IMG/VR virus record: IMGVR_UViG_3300009026_000007
Coordinates: 24,520-88,519 of that record
DNA: 64,000 nt
Strand: one strand, 5' to 3'
DNA from: a virus
Shown here: positions 46,816 to 57,197 of the stretch, piece by piece
Position numbering within the stretch: position 1 is the stretch's first letter
How the letters are laid out: every line of letters begins with the position of its first letter
The notes under the pieces: model-generated
What the model saw: the letters and a program-made list of their open reading frames with translations, nothing else
What the model was told of the DNA's origin: nothing
The model's database searches: none
Program-made: the position numbers and the translations under genes

Positions 46816-48180
46816 ATGGCCCACAGTCTTCTCAGACTGAAAGAAAAGATTTGTAATACTCCTCACTTGATGCATCCTGCATCCTTTGAAATTGTTATTC
46901 AATATCTTAACGAACGAAATAGCGAAGACTTTAAACTGGATACAGCAGTTGAAGATAATCGTGAAAGCAATTCCCGATATTCTTTTAACAAAGATATTGG
47001 GGTTGCTGTTATGAACATTGATGGACCACTTAGTTATAAGCCAGTCACTATGATGGGTTTTGATTGTGGTGGTGCATCTTATCAGCAGATTAAAGAAGAC
47101 TTTACCTACCTTGTAGACAGTGGTGCAAAGACTATTGCATTTAGTGTCTCTAGTGGTGGTGGCGAAGCCTTCCAGATGATGCCAACTGCTAATTACATGC
47201 GTAAATTAGCTACTGAAAACGACGTTCGTATCATTACCTATGTAGATGGTCTATCCGCTTCAGCAGCCTATGGTTTGTCTGTAATTGCTGATGAATTGAT
47301 CATGGCTCCAAGCTCAGAAGTTGGTAGTGTTGGTGTTCTGGTTCGTTTAATGAACGATTCCAAAGCACTTGAGAAAGAGGGTTATGAACGCACCTTTATT
47401 TCTGCTGGTGACGATAAGATTCCATTTGACGCTGACGGTAGTTTCCGTAAAGAATTCTTGGAAGATATTCAAGGTAAAGTTGACACACTTTACGAAGAGT
47501 TTACTGGGTTTGTTGCAGAACATCGCAACTTATCAGTAGAAGCAGTGAAGTCCACACAGGCGCGTACCTTCTTACCAAAAGAAGCTATTGAGCTTGGACT
47601 AGCTGACCGTGTTATGACTCTTGAAGAGTTTTACACACATTTGGCTGATACAGCTCAAAAACAAGAAGGTGGTATGTTAAAAACCAAACTGTTTACCCAA
47701 TTTAATAAAACCGAGGAAACTCTAGAAATGACTCAACTTGCCGAACTGCAAGGCGAGCTTACCCAAGCTCATGAACAACTTCAGGCCGCTCAATTGAGTG
47801 TTTCTGATGTTACTTCTAAATTCGAAGCTGCTGCTTTGCTTCTTGCTGAAAAAGAAACCCTGCTCACTCAAGCACAAGAGCAAGTTGCTCAATTGGTTGC
47901 GGATAAAGAAGGTATGAAACTCACCAGTCGCAAGACTGCTCTTGCCGCTGTTATGTCCGCTGACAAAGTAGAGGCTGTGTCCAGTTCCCTCTCTAGCCTC
48001 GACGACAGCGCATTTGAAACCGTTCTGAGTGGTTTTGCTGCACAGAAACAAGCTCTTGAAGCATCCGATATGTTTACAGAACTTGGCGACCAAGGTACAG
48101 AAGTAGTTCCTGAAGCTAAAGCTTCTAAGTCTAAAGATGTTACCGAAGACCTTATCAAACAAAAACTAGGTTTGAAATAA
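46816..48180 (+). CDS. prohead protease (S49) with C-terminal scaffold
   Basis: SSGGG, SASAAY, VGSVGV; coiled-coil C-terminus. Confidence 0.9.
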   Translation: MAHSLLRLKEKICNTPHLMHPASFEIVIQYLNERNSEDFKLDTAVEDNRESNSRYSFNKDIGVAVMNIDGPLSYKPVTMMGFDCGGASYQQIKEDFTYLVDSGAKTIAFSVSSGGGEAFQMMPTANYMRKLATENDVRIITYVDGLSASAAYGLSVIADELIMAPSSEVGSVGVLVRLMNDSKALEKEGYERTFISAGDDKIPFDADGSFRKEFLEDIQGKVDTLYEEFTGFVAEHRNLSVEAVKSTQARTFLPKEAIELGLADRVMTLEEFYTHLADTAQKQEGGMLKTKLFTQFNKTEETLEMTQLAELQGELTQAHEQLQAAQLSVSDVTSKFEAAALLLAEKETLLTQAQEQVAQLVADKEGMKLTSRKTALAAVMSADKVEAVSSSLSSLDDSAFETVLSGFAAQKQALEASDMFTELGDQGTEVVPEAKASKSKDVTEDLIKQKLGLK

Positions 48181-48219
48181 TTAACCTTAGCTAATCTCTC
48201 TATTTTAAAGGAATCAAAT

Positions 48220-48684
48220 ATGCCTTTCGTTGCTGAAACTTTCACCCAACGCTTCTCTGATCTTGTTGTGCATGAGCTTGACCCATCTGTTGGTTATAGC
48301 CGTCGTGACCTCAACGTCACCCCAATCACTCCAGCTATTCGTATGGGTACTGTAGTTTATCGCGCTAAGTCTGCTGACCTGACTGCTGCTTGGACCGTAC
48401 TGGCCTCGGATACTCCTCTGGTTCTGACCAATGAATTCGCCGTTGTTTATGGCGATCATTTCTCATTCAATCCTTCGTTCGTTCCCCGTGCAATTGCCGC
48501 TAACCGTTATAACGCTGTTGGTTTTGTTGGTACTTCGGGTGCTCTGCAACTGAAAGAATACTACATCAAACAAGTTGCTAAGTCTACCGCTGCCACTGGT
48601 GGTGCTGATTTGACTGATGCTCAAGTTGAAACCCTCAAAGGTTTGCTTGAACAGCAAGGCATCCAAGTACTTAAAACAGTTTAA
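48220..48684 (+). CDS. head decoration protein
   Basis: Position between the protease and capsid genes; highly expressed codon bias. Confidence 0.75.
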   Translation: MPFVAETFTQRFSDLVVHELDPSVGYSRRDLNVTPITPAIRMGTVVYRAKSADLTAAWTVLASDTPLVLTNEFAVVYGDHFSFNPSFVPRAIAANRYNAVGFVGTSGALQLKEYYIKQVAKSTAATGGADLTDAQVETLKGLLEQQGIQVLKTV

Positions 48685-48728
48685 GCGACTGTTTAACAAA
48701 CTCTCTAAGCTAAGGAAACATAAATAAT

Positions 48729-49796
48729 ATGGCTATTGTACTAGATCGTCAGAACCTCGGTAAAGTTGTTGACCGTACCGATTCCCTGATTGTAATCCCC
48801 AACACCGTAGGCATTACCAATGCTCTGGGCCTGTTTGAGGATGTATACTCCACCCAAAAGACTATTGAGATTACTCGTAGTACTCGCAAATCCCATCTGC
48901 TTGAAGATCGTAACTGGGATGAACGTAACCAAACTATCGCTGGTCGTGAACAAGACAGCCTGTTGCTGAAAATCCCTCACTTCCCACTGGATGATGCAAT
49001 CACTCCAAACGATGTTGACGGTATTGTACAGGCTGGTTCTCTGGCTGAGTTTGCTGAACTGGAAACTGTTGCGTCTGTTCGTGCTGACAAAATGATTGAC
49101 GTTCGTGAAGCTCATGCACTGACCAAAGAAGCTGCTCGTATGCAGCTGATCACCACTGGTACTGTGTACGCACCTCGTTCCACTGTAATTACCAACTTCT
49201 ACACTGAGTTTGGTGTTACTCGTATCGAGATTGTTACCGATCTGTCTTCGGCTACCGACCCTCGTGCAGACTTCAACGATGCCAAGAAAGCTACCCGTAA
49301 CGCATTGCGTGATGGTCAAGCTGGTACTGTCCGTTCTTTCGTTGTCCTGTGCTCTGATTCCTACTACAACGCTGTTCAACAGAACGCTTACGTCACTGAC
49401 GCATTCAAGTATGTAGACCAAGCTCAAGCTGCTCGTATCCTGTTGGGTCAAGGTGGTATGGATGTTCCTGGCTTGGATGCTCGTTTTGAAATGATGAGTG
49501 TCTTTGGTATGACCTTTATCAATGCCGGTGCCGCTGGCTACGAGAATGCTGCTGGTACTTTCGTACCGTTCATTCCTGAAGGTGATGCTTACATGATGCC
49601 TGTTGGTATCCGTAACTTCCTCAAAACCTACTACGCTCCGGCTAACCGTTTTGGTAGCATCAACCGTCGTGCTCAAGGCAGCTACTTCTTCGAATACCTG
49701 AACGAGAAAGATGATCAGATCGAAATCATGACTGAACAGAACTTCTTGAACGCTTGCTTGAATCCAGAAGCCATCGTGCGTCTGTCCTTGACCTAA
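48729..49796 (+). CDS. major capsid protein (lambda gpE-like)
   Basis: 355 aa, IPHFPLDD, strong codon bias, position. Confidence 0.9.
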   Translation: MAIVLDRQNLGKVVDRTDSLIVIPNTVGITNALGLFEDVYSTQKTIEITRSTRKSHLLEDRNWDERNQTIAGREQDSLLLKIPHFPLDDAITPNDVDGIVQAGSLAEFAELETVASVRADKMIDVREAHALTKEAARMQLITTGTVYAPRSTVITNFYTEFGVTRIEIVTDLSSATDPRADFNDAKKATRNALRDGQAGTVRSFVVLCSDSYYNAVQQNAYVTDAFKYVDQAQAARILLGQGGMDVPGLDARFEMMSVFGMTFINAGAAGYENAAGTFVPFIPEGDAYMMPVGIRNFLKTYYAPANRFGSINRRAQGSYFFEYLNEKDDQIEIMTEQNFLNACLNPEAIVRLSLT

Positions 49797-49865
49797 GTAT
49801 TAAGTTAAGAACTAAACAAAGAAAGGGGTTTGAAATATAACCCCAAATTCTTAGGAGTATGAAAG

Positions 49866-50093
49866 ATGGCTGTAGAAACTAAAAATGGTTGGATCTTCGC
49901 TGTGCGTCAACTTGACGGTGCAATCGTAGGTGCAACTGTTCCCGCTGCAAGCACTACTGTTGCTGGTAAAGTAAAACAAATTACTTTCACTGCTCAACAA
50001 GGTACAACCTTTGCTGATTTGGCTGCTGTAACTGCTGCCTACAATGCATTGCTCACTAAATTGATTGCTGCTGGTATTATGCCTGCTGCATAA
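49866..50093 (+). CDS. head fibre-like protein
   Basis: PAASTTVAGKVKQ...YNALLTKLIAAGIM. Confidence 0.7.
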   Translation: MAVETKNGWIFAVRQLDGAIVGATVPAASTTVAGKVKQITFTAQQGTTFADLAAVTAAYNALLTKLIAAGIMPAA

Positions 50094-50133
50094 GAAACTG
50101 GGCAGCTTGTCTGCCCTCCTTTAAGGAGAGGCT

Positions 50134-50571
50134 ATGGCTCTTACCCCAGTACAACAGGTAAATCTTTTGATAGGCAATGTCCCATCAAATCCATTTTACC
50201 CTATTTTTACAGATGAAGAGATTCAACAGTTTCTTGATCTTACTAACCAAAATGTTTATGCAGCAGCAAGGATGGCAGCAATTTCAGCTTCGTTCACTAT
50301 TGCTGGTTATTCGTCTCGTGAACGAACTGGCGACATAGAAGTCTGGAACGACTACGCAAAGAACTATCTAGCAGCACTTGGTAATTTCATCAACAACCCT
50401 ACGTTTATTATCCCTCCAGGTTTGTTCCCTTGGTCTGCTAATAAGTGTCCAAGCAAGCTTATGAATATTGAAGTATGCGATGGAGATAATTGTAGGGAAG
50501 CAACTTGCTGTGAAACTAGTTGTGGGTGTAATGATTGTCACGCTGCTGGTGAGACATTTGTCTACCCTTAA
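50134..50571 (+). CDS. head-tail adaptor
   Basis: FTDEEIQxFL motif; position. Confidence 0.7.
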   Translation: MALTPVQQVNLLIGNVPSNPFYPIFTDEEIQQFLDLTNQNVYAAARMAAISASFTIAGYSSRERTGDIEVWNDYAKNYLAALGNFINNPTFIIPPGLFPWSANKCPSKLMNIEVCDGDNCREATCCETSCGCNDCHAAGETFVYP

Positions 50572-50580
50572 GGAGTTGAA

Positions 50581-50967
50581 ATGTTAAAACCTCAATTCCT
50601 ATTAACTCACAAAATTCCACTAACAATCTTTCGTAAATCTGAAGGTTCTTATGTTAATGGTAGGTGGGTAGAAGGATCTACTTCTGAAATAGTTTTGCAA
50701 GTTAACATCCAGCCACTAAAGCCTTACGAAATTCTAATGCTTCCAGAAGCTGACAGAACAAGAGCTTGGGTTAAATTCTATTCTGCTGATTATGCTCGTA
50801 CTCTTAAGGAAGGGACTGGTGGTTGGTCCGCTGACGAATTCATTTGGAAGAATGACCGTTATAAAATCATGAAGGGTGATGATTGGACAAACGGAATGGG
50901 GATATTGGAGCATGTGAAAATTCAAGCCGCAAGAATCGAGCTTACCCCAGATGCACCATCGACATAA
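50581..50967 (+). CDS. head closure protein
   Basis: GxYVNGRW, NIQPL; position. Confidence 0.7.
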   Translation: MLKPQFLLTHKIPLTIFRKSEGSYVNGRWVEGSTSEIVLQVNIQPLKPYEILMLPEADRTRAWVKFYSADYARTLKEGTGGWSADEFIWKNDRYKIMKGDDWTNGMGILEHVKIQAARIELTPDAPST

Positions 50968-50976
50968 GGAGTATCT

Positions 50977-51444
50977 ATGGCGTTTACATTAAAAGTAGAT
51001 ACTTCTGTGTGGGATAAGATAAAGAGGAATATCTTGGTTGGTAACAACCTTGAGGTTTCTACTGGATTCTTTGAAGATGCTATTTATGGTGAAGAGAATA
51101 ACAACGCTCAAGTTGCTCAGATTGCTAGGGACAACGAAGAAGGAACTGTAAAGAACCCAACACGTCCTTTTATGCGTGTAGGATTTGGTGGCAAGGTAGC
51201 CAAGCAGCTTCCAGACTTATTCAAAGCTAACATGAAACGCATTGCCGAAGGTAAGTCTACCTTTGTTCAAGAATACACAAAGTTAGGCTCAATTCTTACT
51301 GCTGAAATGAAGCAATCTATTATCGAATGGTCCACACCACCTAACAGTCCCAGAACAATTGCAGATAAGGGTTTTAACGATCCTTTGATCAAGACAGGGA
51401 AGATGTTGGAATCTGTAGAATCAAAAGTTGAGGCTAAACAATGA
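50977..51444 (+). CDS. neck/tail completion protein
   Basis: PxRPF, PPNSPxTIxxKGFNDPLIxTG. Confidence 0.75.
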   Translation: MAFTLKVDTSVWDKIKRNILVGNNLEVSTGFFEDAIYGEENNNAQVAQIARDNEEGTVKNPTRPFMRVGFGGKVAKQLPDLFKANMKRIAEGKSTFVQEYTKLGSILTAEMKQSIIEWSTPPNSPRTIADKGFNDPLIKTGKMLESVESKVEAKQ

Positions 51445-51974
51445 GTATTTATTCTCAACTAGAAGATGGGCTTCGTAATGTTGCTTTGATAGCTCTTTCA
51501 GAGTTCACTAATCCACAGGTTATTTTCAGCCACCTCAATGGTACAGAACCTGCTGAAAGCTTTGTGATAATCAATATCCTAAGCAACACACAGCAAGGTC
51601 ATCACACCACTTCAACACTTACAGATACTCAAGAAATATTGGCTACTCAAGCGTCTTATGAAGTTTTTGTACAGTTTAGTTTCTGTGGTAGTAAGTCTGG
51701 AGAAATGTCCTCAAGCTTTAACCAAAGAATTAATAACAATCACAAGGTGTTTGAAGAATTAGCTAGAAATAAAATGGGTGTTATGCGTAAAAGTCCTATG
51801 CGTAGAGCACCACAGAAAAGAGATACTAAGTGGGTTGAATACCATAACTTAGATGTTACCTTTTCCTATACAGTCGTTACACAAGAGCTTGTAGATGTTA
51901 TTGAGGTTGTAATTCTTCAAGATGTTATTACAGGCGATGTATTCACTGTTCCCCCAGATATCGTTACACCATAA
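51441..51974 (+). CDS. tail terminator/neck protein
   Basis: Position before the sheath gene. Confidence 0.65.
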   Translation: MSIYSQLEDGLRNVALIALSEFTNPQVIFSHLNGTEPAESFVIINILSNTQQGHHTTSTLTDTQEILATQASYEVFVQFSFCGSKSGEMSSSFNQRINNNHKVFEELARNKMGVMRKSPMRRAPQKRDTKWVEYHNLDVTFSYTVVTQELVDVIEVVILQDVITGDVFTVPPDIVTP

Positions 51975-51985
51975 AGGATAATCAC

Positions 51986-52786
51986 TTGGATAGAATTCAT
52001 TATTTATATAAGATAATAAACTTAGTGAATAATAAAATTTATATAGGTGTAACTTTCGATCCTGAAGCAAGAAAGAAACAGCACTTCAATATGAAAAATA
52101 AATCAAGCTTAGTTTCTAAAGCTATTCGAAAACATGGAGTAGATAATTTTTCGTTTGAGGTTATTTGTGTTGGTGATCGGAACTTTATCTTTGATCTAGA
52201 AGAAAAAGCAATAGACTTGTATAAATCTAAAGTATCAGGACATGGTTATAATATTGCAGACGGTGGGGCCGGTGGAAGTAAGCCTAGACGTGGAAAAGTG
52301 GGGTTTAGGAAGGATGACAAGCCTGAATATGTAGCTGGCTTTTGGTTTCCGAATAAAAGACTAGCCATGAATTCCTTGAATCTTACTGGAAGTAAGTACA
52401 GGTACAGGAAAGATACCGGAATACTAGGCAATATAACTGTTGCTAGGATGATTAATTACAACAACAAAATCTTAGATGAGCCTTGTTACTACCGTGGTTT
52501 TTGGTTTAATAGTATTTCTAAAGCTTGCCAAATATACTCTATGAATATAGAGAACCTAAGAAAAGAAATTAAGATTGGTCGTTACGAAGAAAGCTCGTCA
52601 ATACAAGATTTTCTTATTGTAAAGAAGTATGTGGTTTTTGGCGTAGAGTACAATTCTATCAAAGAAGCTGCCGCTGCAAATAATATATCAACTGTTGCTT
52701 TAACAGCTCGTTACTATAGAAATAAAAACCCAGAAAATTACACATACTCATACATAAAAGAGGTTATAAACCATGGCCGAGCTTGA
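51986..52786 (+). CDS. GIY-YIG homing endonuclease
   Basis: YLYKIINLVNNKIYIGVT...R..QH...GYNIADGG. Confidence 0.9.
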   Translation: MDRIHYLYKIINLVNNKIYIGVTFDPEARKKQHFNMKNKSSLVSKAIRKHGVDNFSFEVICVGDRNFIFDLEEKAIDLYKSKVSGHGYNIADGGAGGSKPRRGKVGFRKDDKPEYVAGFWFPNKRLAMNSLNLTGSKYRYRKDTGILGNITVARMINYNNKILDEPCYYRGFWFNSISKACQIYSMNIENLRKEIKIGRYEESSSIQDFLIVKKYVVFGVEYNSIKEAAAANNISTVALTARYYRNKNPENYTYSYIKEVINHGRA

Positions 52787-54065
52787 CTCAATAGTCCAAC
52801 TACAGCTTACAAGAGGCTCTACCCCCGTGGAGAGCGCCAGTTTTCAAATCCCCGGTATCTTAGCCACATTTACTAATTTCTCGGAACGTACCCGCACCTA
52901 CACTGATATGGAGGGTGTTGGTGAAGACTTCCGTACAACTGACCCAGTTTACATTATTGCAAGTAAATTGTTTGGTCAATCTACTGTTGGTGCTGTTCCT
53001 CCAAGTATTGTAGTAGGTCGTCGTCAAGTTAACACTGTAAACGGCTCTGTAACTGTACAGAACTCTACTCCTTACACTGTAACTATTAACGGTACTACTT
53101 ATAGCTTCACCAGTGACGCTTCAGCCACTGCAATTGAAATCATTGCAGGTTTGGACACAGCAGTAGGCACAAGCCCGGTAGGTGTAACTTTTACCGATAA
53201 CTTGGATGGTACTTTCACTGTAGGTCCAACTGTCGCTGGTACTCCATGGTCTTTCCGTGCATCCCCTAATATCACTCTTGCAAACGCTACTCCTACTGAG
53301 AGCTATGCAGATGCTGAAGTAGCCATGAATCAAGACAATGGTACTTGGTATGCTCTGTTTACCGACACCCATGTTCAAGCTGATGTAGTTGCTCTAAGTA
53401 ATGTCATTGTAGCACAACGTAAGATCTTCGGTACTTCCTCACAAGATGCTGCTGTAATCACTACTGGTACTACTGACGTAGCTGCTGTGCTGAGTGCTGC
53501 AAGTACAGGCCGTACTTATGGTGTATATCTTCCTACTGCTGATACCGAGTACCCAGAAGCAGCTTGGGCAGGTAGTCAACTAGCTTATACCCCAGGTTCT
53601 AATGATTGGGACTTCAAGCGCGCTGTAGGTGTTACTGTCAGCAAACTTAGTGATACTGCTCGTGTTAACCTTCGCAACAAGAACATGAACATGTACACTC
53701 GTGTTGGTGGCGTTAACATCTTCCAAGACGGTAATATGTTTGATGCTTCTCCGATTGATGAAGTTATCGGCATTGATTGGCTGTATGCTCGTTTGCAAGA
53801 AGGTATCTATTTCCGTTTGATCAACTCCCTAAAAATTCCTATGACCAACCCAGGTTTAGTTATTATCGAGAATGAAATCCGTTCTGTACTCTCACAAGCA
53901 GAGGCTAATGGTTTGATTGATCGCGGATGGAACGTAACCACGCCCGATGTACTCGACATTCCAGAGAACATGCGGGCAGCTCGTACAGCCGCTGTATTCA
54001 AGTTTAATGCACGTCTTGCAGGGTCCATACGTCGCGTCCAGATCACCGGGTTCCTTAGCGTGTAG
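52773..54065 (+). CDS. tail sheath protein (DUF3383-like)
   Basis: 430 aa; IDEVIGIDWL...KIP...AGSI. Confidence 0.88.
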   Translation: MAELDSIVQLQLTRGSTPVESASFQIPGILATFTNFSERTRTYTDMEGVGEDFRTTDPVYIIASKLFGQSTVGAVPPSIVVGRRQVNTVNGSVTVQNSTPYTVTINGTTYSFTSDASATAIEIIAGLDTAVGTSPVGVTFTDNLDGTFTVGPTVAGTPWSFRASPNITLANATPTESYADAEVAMNQDNGTWYALFTDTHVQADVVALSNVIVAQRKIFGTSSQDAAVITTGTTDVAAVLSAASTGRTYGVYLPTADTEYPEAAWAGSQLAYTPGSNDWDFKRAVGVTVSKLSDTARVNLRNKNMNMYTRVGGVNIFQDGNMFDASPIDEVIGIDWLYARLQEGIYFRLINSLKIPMTNPGLVIIENEIRSVLSQAEANGLIDRGWNVTTPDVLDIPENMRAARTAAVFKFNARLAGSIRRVQITGFLSV

Positions 54066-54087
54066 ATATTAACGGATCTTTACCAGT

Positions 54088-54116
54088 ATTGACTTCTACA
54101 ATAAATCGTGTATAAT
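54088..54116 (+). promoter_or_regulatory. sigma70-like promoter of the HNH gene
   Basis: TTGACT...TATAAT between the sheath stop and the HNH start. Confidence 0.65.
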
Positions 54117-54145
54117 CTAAGCTCCATAAATAAAGGAGCTTTAAA

Positions 54146-55042
54146 ATGCGAAAAGAAACAGAAGTTAATATTGGTGATATTTACAACAGATGGACAATCA
54201 CCTCACAGGTTTATTATAAAACCTTCCCAAACGGCTCAAAGGCAAAGTTTGTGGACTGTACTTGTGAGTGTGGGACTCAGAAATCTCTAAGACTTGGGGC
54301 CTTGACTGACACTAAAACACCAAGTCTCTCTTGTGGGTGTCTTAGAAAAGAAGCTATGGCTAAACTCAGGAAACCTGTAGACATAGGATCAGTTTTTGGC
54401 AGGCTAACCGTTGTAGGGGAAATGGTAAGGGTTAATAAAAAGTCAATCGTAGAAGTGGTTTGTCAGTGCAACCCCATAAGTTTTTATGTAAGGTTAGATG
54501 GTTTAAAGTCCGGCACTACAAAATCTTGCGGGTGTTTCCACAAAGATCTAGTAAAAGATTTATTTACAACCCACGGAATGACAGGAACTACGGCTTACTC
54601 TTCTTGGCAAGGGATGAAAGACAGATGTACTAATCCAAACAACTCAAGAGCAGATCGCTACCTGTTCAGGGGTATTTCTTTCCCTGAGAGCTGGGAGTCC
54701 TTTGAAAACTTCTGGGAAGATATGTCAGAAGGATGGTATGAGGGAGCCGACATAGACCGAATTGATTTTGACGCAAACTACTCAAAAGAGAATTGCCGCT
54801 GGGTTGATAGGGATGTTGGTAACCATAATAAATCTAAACCAGAAGACTGCACATCATCTTATAAGGGTGTTTACTACGATAAACAAAGGGACAAGTGGAC
54901 AGCCCGATTAAACCGTAACGGAATCATACACCTTCAAAAGAGGTTTGATACTGAATACGAAGCAGCTTTAGCTTACGACGATGCATCAGAAGAACATTAT
55001 GGTGATCGACCGAACAAAACTCAAAAGGGAGCGATCCCATAA
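54146..55042 (+). CDS. HNH/AP2 homing endonuclease
   Basis: Two CxC...SCGC repeats, THG, MKDRC, IDRID...YSKENCRW, AP2 domain. Confidence 0.88.
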   Translation: MRKETEVNIGDIYNRWTITSQVYYKTFPNGSKAKFVDCTCECGTQKSLRLGALTDTKTPSLSCGCLRKEAMAKLRKPVDIGSVFGRLTVVGEMVRVNKKSIVEVVCQCNPISFYVRLDGLKSGTTKSCGCFHKDLVKDLFTTHGMTGTTAYSSWQGMKDRCTNPNNSRADRYLFRGISFPESWESFENFWEDMSEGWYEGADIDRIDFDANYSKENCRWVDRDVGNHNKSKPEDCTSSYKGVYYDKQRDKWTARLNRNGIIHLQKRFDTEYEAALAYDDASEEHYGDRPNKTQKGAIP

Positions 55043-55059
55043 TTAAAAGGTATATTTAA

Positions 55060-55581
55060 ATGGCCGATGGCGTATTGGGCTCATACAGCCCCGAAGCAAT
55101 GGTTGTAATCATCAGTAAGGGTGACTTTGTTCACCGTATTGGTGGTTATGCCGATGGTACTTTTCTAAATATTTCACGTATCACTCCAGCATCAGAACTC
55201 TATGTAGCCTCTGATCTACAAGCTGGGCGTGTTAAACGTCGCAATAAAGCAAGTACTATTTCTTTGACACTGTTTCAACAAAGTTCAAGTAATGCTATTT
55301 TGCAAGAACTGCAACGTGCTGACGAAGAAGACGATAGGAATTCTTGGGTTTTTTCTATCACAATTAAGGATACCTCTGGTACTAGCGTATTCTCATCTAA
55401 CCAAGCATTCATTGCAACGGTTCCAGATGTTGGGTATTCAAATACCACTGAAACTCGTGATTGGATGATCAGTGCCGTAAGTATGGATTCTCACGTTGGT
55501 AGCAACATGGAGTTTGATGCTGCTGAGGTTGCAGCAATGGCAGCAGTCGGTGCTCAAGTTCCAGCTCGGTGGCAGCTCTAA
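55060..55581 (+). CDS. tail tube protein
   Basis: SYSPE...IGGYADG...TIKDTSG; follows the sheath gene. Confidence 0.8.
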   Translation: MADGVLGSYSPEAMVVIISKGDFVHRIGGYADGTFLNISRITPASELYVASDLQAGRVKRRNKASTISLTLFQQSSSNAILQELQRADEEDDRNSWVFSITIKDTSGTSVFSSNQAFIATVPDVGYSNTTETRDWMISAVSMDSHVGSNMEFDAAEVAAMAAVGAQVPARWQL

Positions 55582-55597
55582 TAGGTAAGGAAGTATA

Positions 55598-56098
55598 ATG
55601 GCCCAGTTAGCTACTTATATGCCAGAGGAAGTAACGATCCTTCTTGCTGGCATTCCAGTCTCAGGCTTTATCCAAGGGTCATTTATTTCTGTTGACAAGG
55701 ATGTCAAGCCTTTTACATCTAAACGCACTGCTGATGGAACAGTTAGTCGAATGTATAATAATGACCAAACCTATACAATTACGTTGACTCTTTACAGCGG
55801 TAGTGATTCTAACCAACTTCTAACAAGACTTTGGCAATTAGATGAAATTACCCAAAGAGGTAAGTTTCCTTTGATGATCAAAGATGGTAGTGGATCAGAC
55901 TTGTTCTTCTCTACTACAACTTGGATTGAGGGTATCCCTTCTTTAGTTAAGAGTAATCAATACGAACCTCGTGCATGGACATTACGTTCAAGCTCAGCAA
56001 TCATAAATATTGGTGGTAATGGTGATGCTGAATCTATCTTAAATGATATTGTTAGTATTGCTGCTTCTGCTCTTCCAGCATTGAATGGGTTAATTTAA
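55598..56098 (+). CDS. tail tube-like protein (paralog)
   Basis: TYMPEEV...GF..G...IKDGSG. Confidence 0.7.
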   Translation: MAQLATYMPEEVTILLAGIPVSGFIQGSFISVDKDVKPFTSKRTADGTVSRMYNNDQTYTITLTLYSGSDSNQLLTRLWQLDEITQRGKFPLMIKDGSGSDLFFSTTTWIEGIPSLVKSNQYEPRAWTLRSSSAIINIGGNGDAESILNDIVSIAASALPALNGLI

Positions 56099-56596
56099 AT
56101 GACTAATTCTTTTAGTGTTGAGACATATTCAGCTTCAGATGTTAAGTTGTCTATTGGTGGTTATATAATCACAGGATGGGATAACTTAAGTATTAATAGA
56201 CGTGTAAAAGCATTCACCCCTGTCTATGGTATTCGTGGTAAGAACACACGAGTCAAGAACGTAGACAGTTCGGCTACTATTACTGTCACTCTTATTCAGA
56301 CAGCACAGAGTAATGATGTGCTGTCTGCAATACATGACTTGGACATTGATGAGGGCACAGCAAGGATTACCTTGACCCTTAAAGATAGCTCTGGAAGAAG
56401 TGTATTTTCAAGCAATGAAGCATACATTACATCCTACCCTGCAAAATCTTTCTCCGGTGATTTTACTTACAACACTTGGGAAATTATTTTACAGTCTACA
56501 CAATCATACACTGTTGGCGGGAATGGCAGACCAAGCACTGGCCTTCTAGATAATATCATCAGTGATGCAACTGACTTTGTTAGTGATTTATTTTAA
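56099..56596 (+). CDS. tail tube-like protein (paralog)
   Basis: TYSASDV...LKDSSG. Confidence 0.7.
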   Translation: MTNSFSVETYSASDVKLSIGGYIITGWDNLSINRRVKAFTPVYGIRGKNTRVKNVDSSATITVTLIQTAQSNDVLSAIHDLDIDEGTARITLTLKDSSGRSVFSSNEAYITSYPAKSFSGDFTYNTWEIILQSTQSYTVGGNGRPSTGLLDNIISDATDFVSDLF

Positions 56597-56623
56597 AGCT
56601 AACTATAATCTGAGATAAAATAA

Positions 56624-56950
56624 ATGGCAGCTCCACAATTTATAGACTTCCTTCCTCAAGAAACTCTTGAAGTTGGTGAGGAAGAATACGTAGTAACAGC
56701 TATGTCAGCCACCGATGGTTTGCTCTTTATGGAGAAATATCAAGCTGATATGGATAGCGGTAAGAGTGACCTCAAGGTTATGAAAGGTGTAATCATGGGT
56801 TATGTTACCAAAGATAATAAAATTATTGATGCTAAACGATTCGATATCTTGTTTGCTCGCAAGTACATGCACCTTCAACAACTTTATGCAGAAGTCATTA
56901 AATATAACTTCGCTGATGTTTTTCAGGCGCCCGGTACAGAAGAACAGTAA
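56624..56950 (+). CDS. tail assembly chaperone (G); -1 frameshift product extends to 57186
   Basis: Upstream of the TMP; GTTTTTC site, downstream hairpin and an open -1 frame. Confidence 0.8.
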   Translation: MAAPQFIDFLPQETLEVGEEEYVVTAMSATDGLLFMEKYQADMDSGKSDLKVMKGVIMGYVTKDNKIIDAKRFDILFARKYMHLQQLYAEVIKYNFADVFQAPGTEEQ

Positions 56951-57197
56951 ATAACCCATCTGTATCCGGGCCAGTAGAAACAGAGATACAAAGTAAATAC
57001 TCTCAGAGATGGGAGATTTACAGAATTGCAACTCACGAAAAAGGTGGGCTGGATATAGCTGCTGACATGAGTACGAAGTATAGTACAAAGCAATTATACC
57101 AGATGCTAGAAACATTAGATGTATATGACACACTTAAGAAGCTGGCTCATGATAAAGCCCTAGCAGAATCTAAGACTAAGAAATAAGGAGCTTCCTG

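Noticed and set aside
48741-49676. 311-aa antisense ORF over the capsid gene
   Set aside because: Shadow ORF expected from the strong codon bias of the highly expressed capsid gene; no recognisable motifs.
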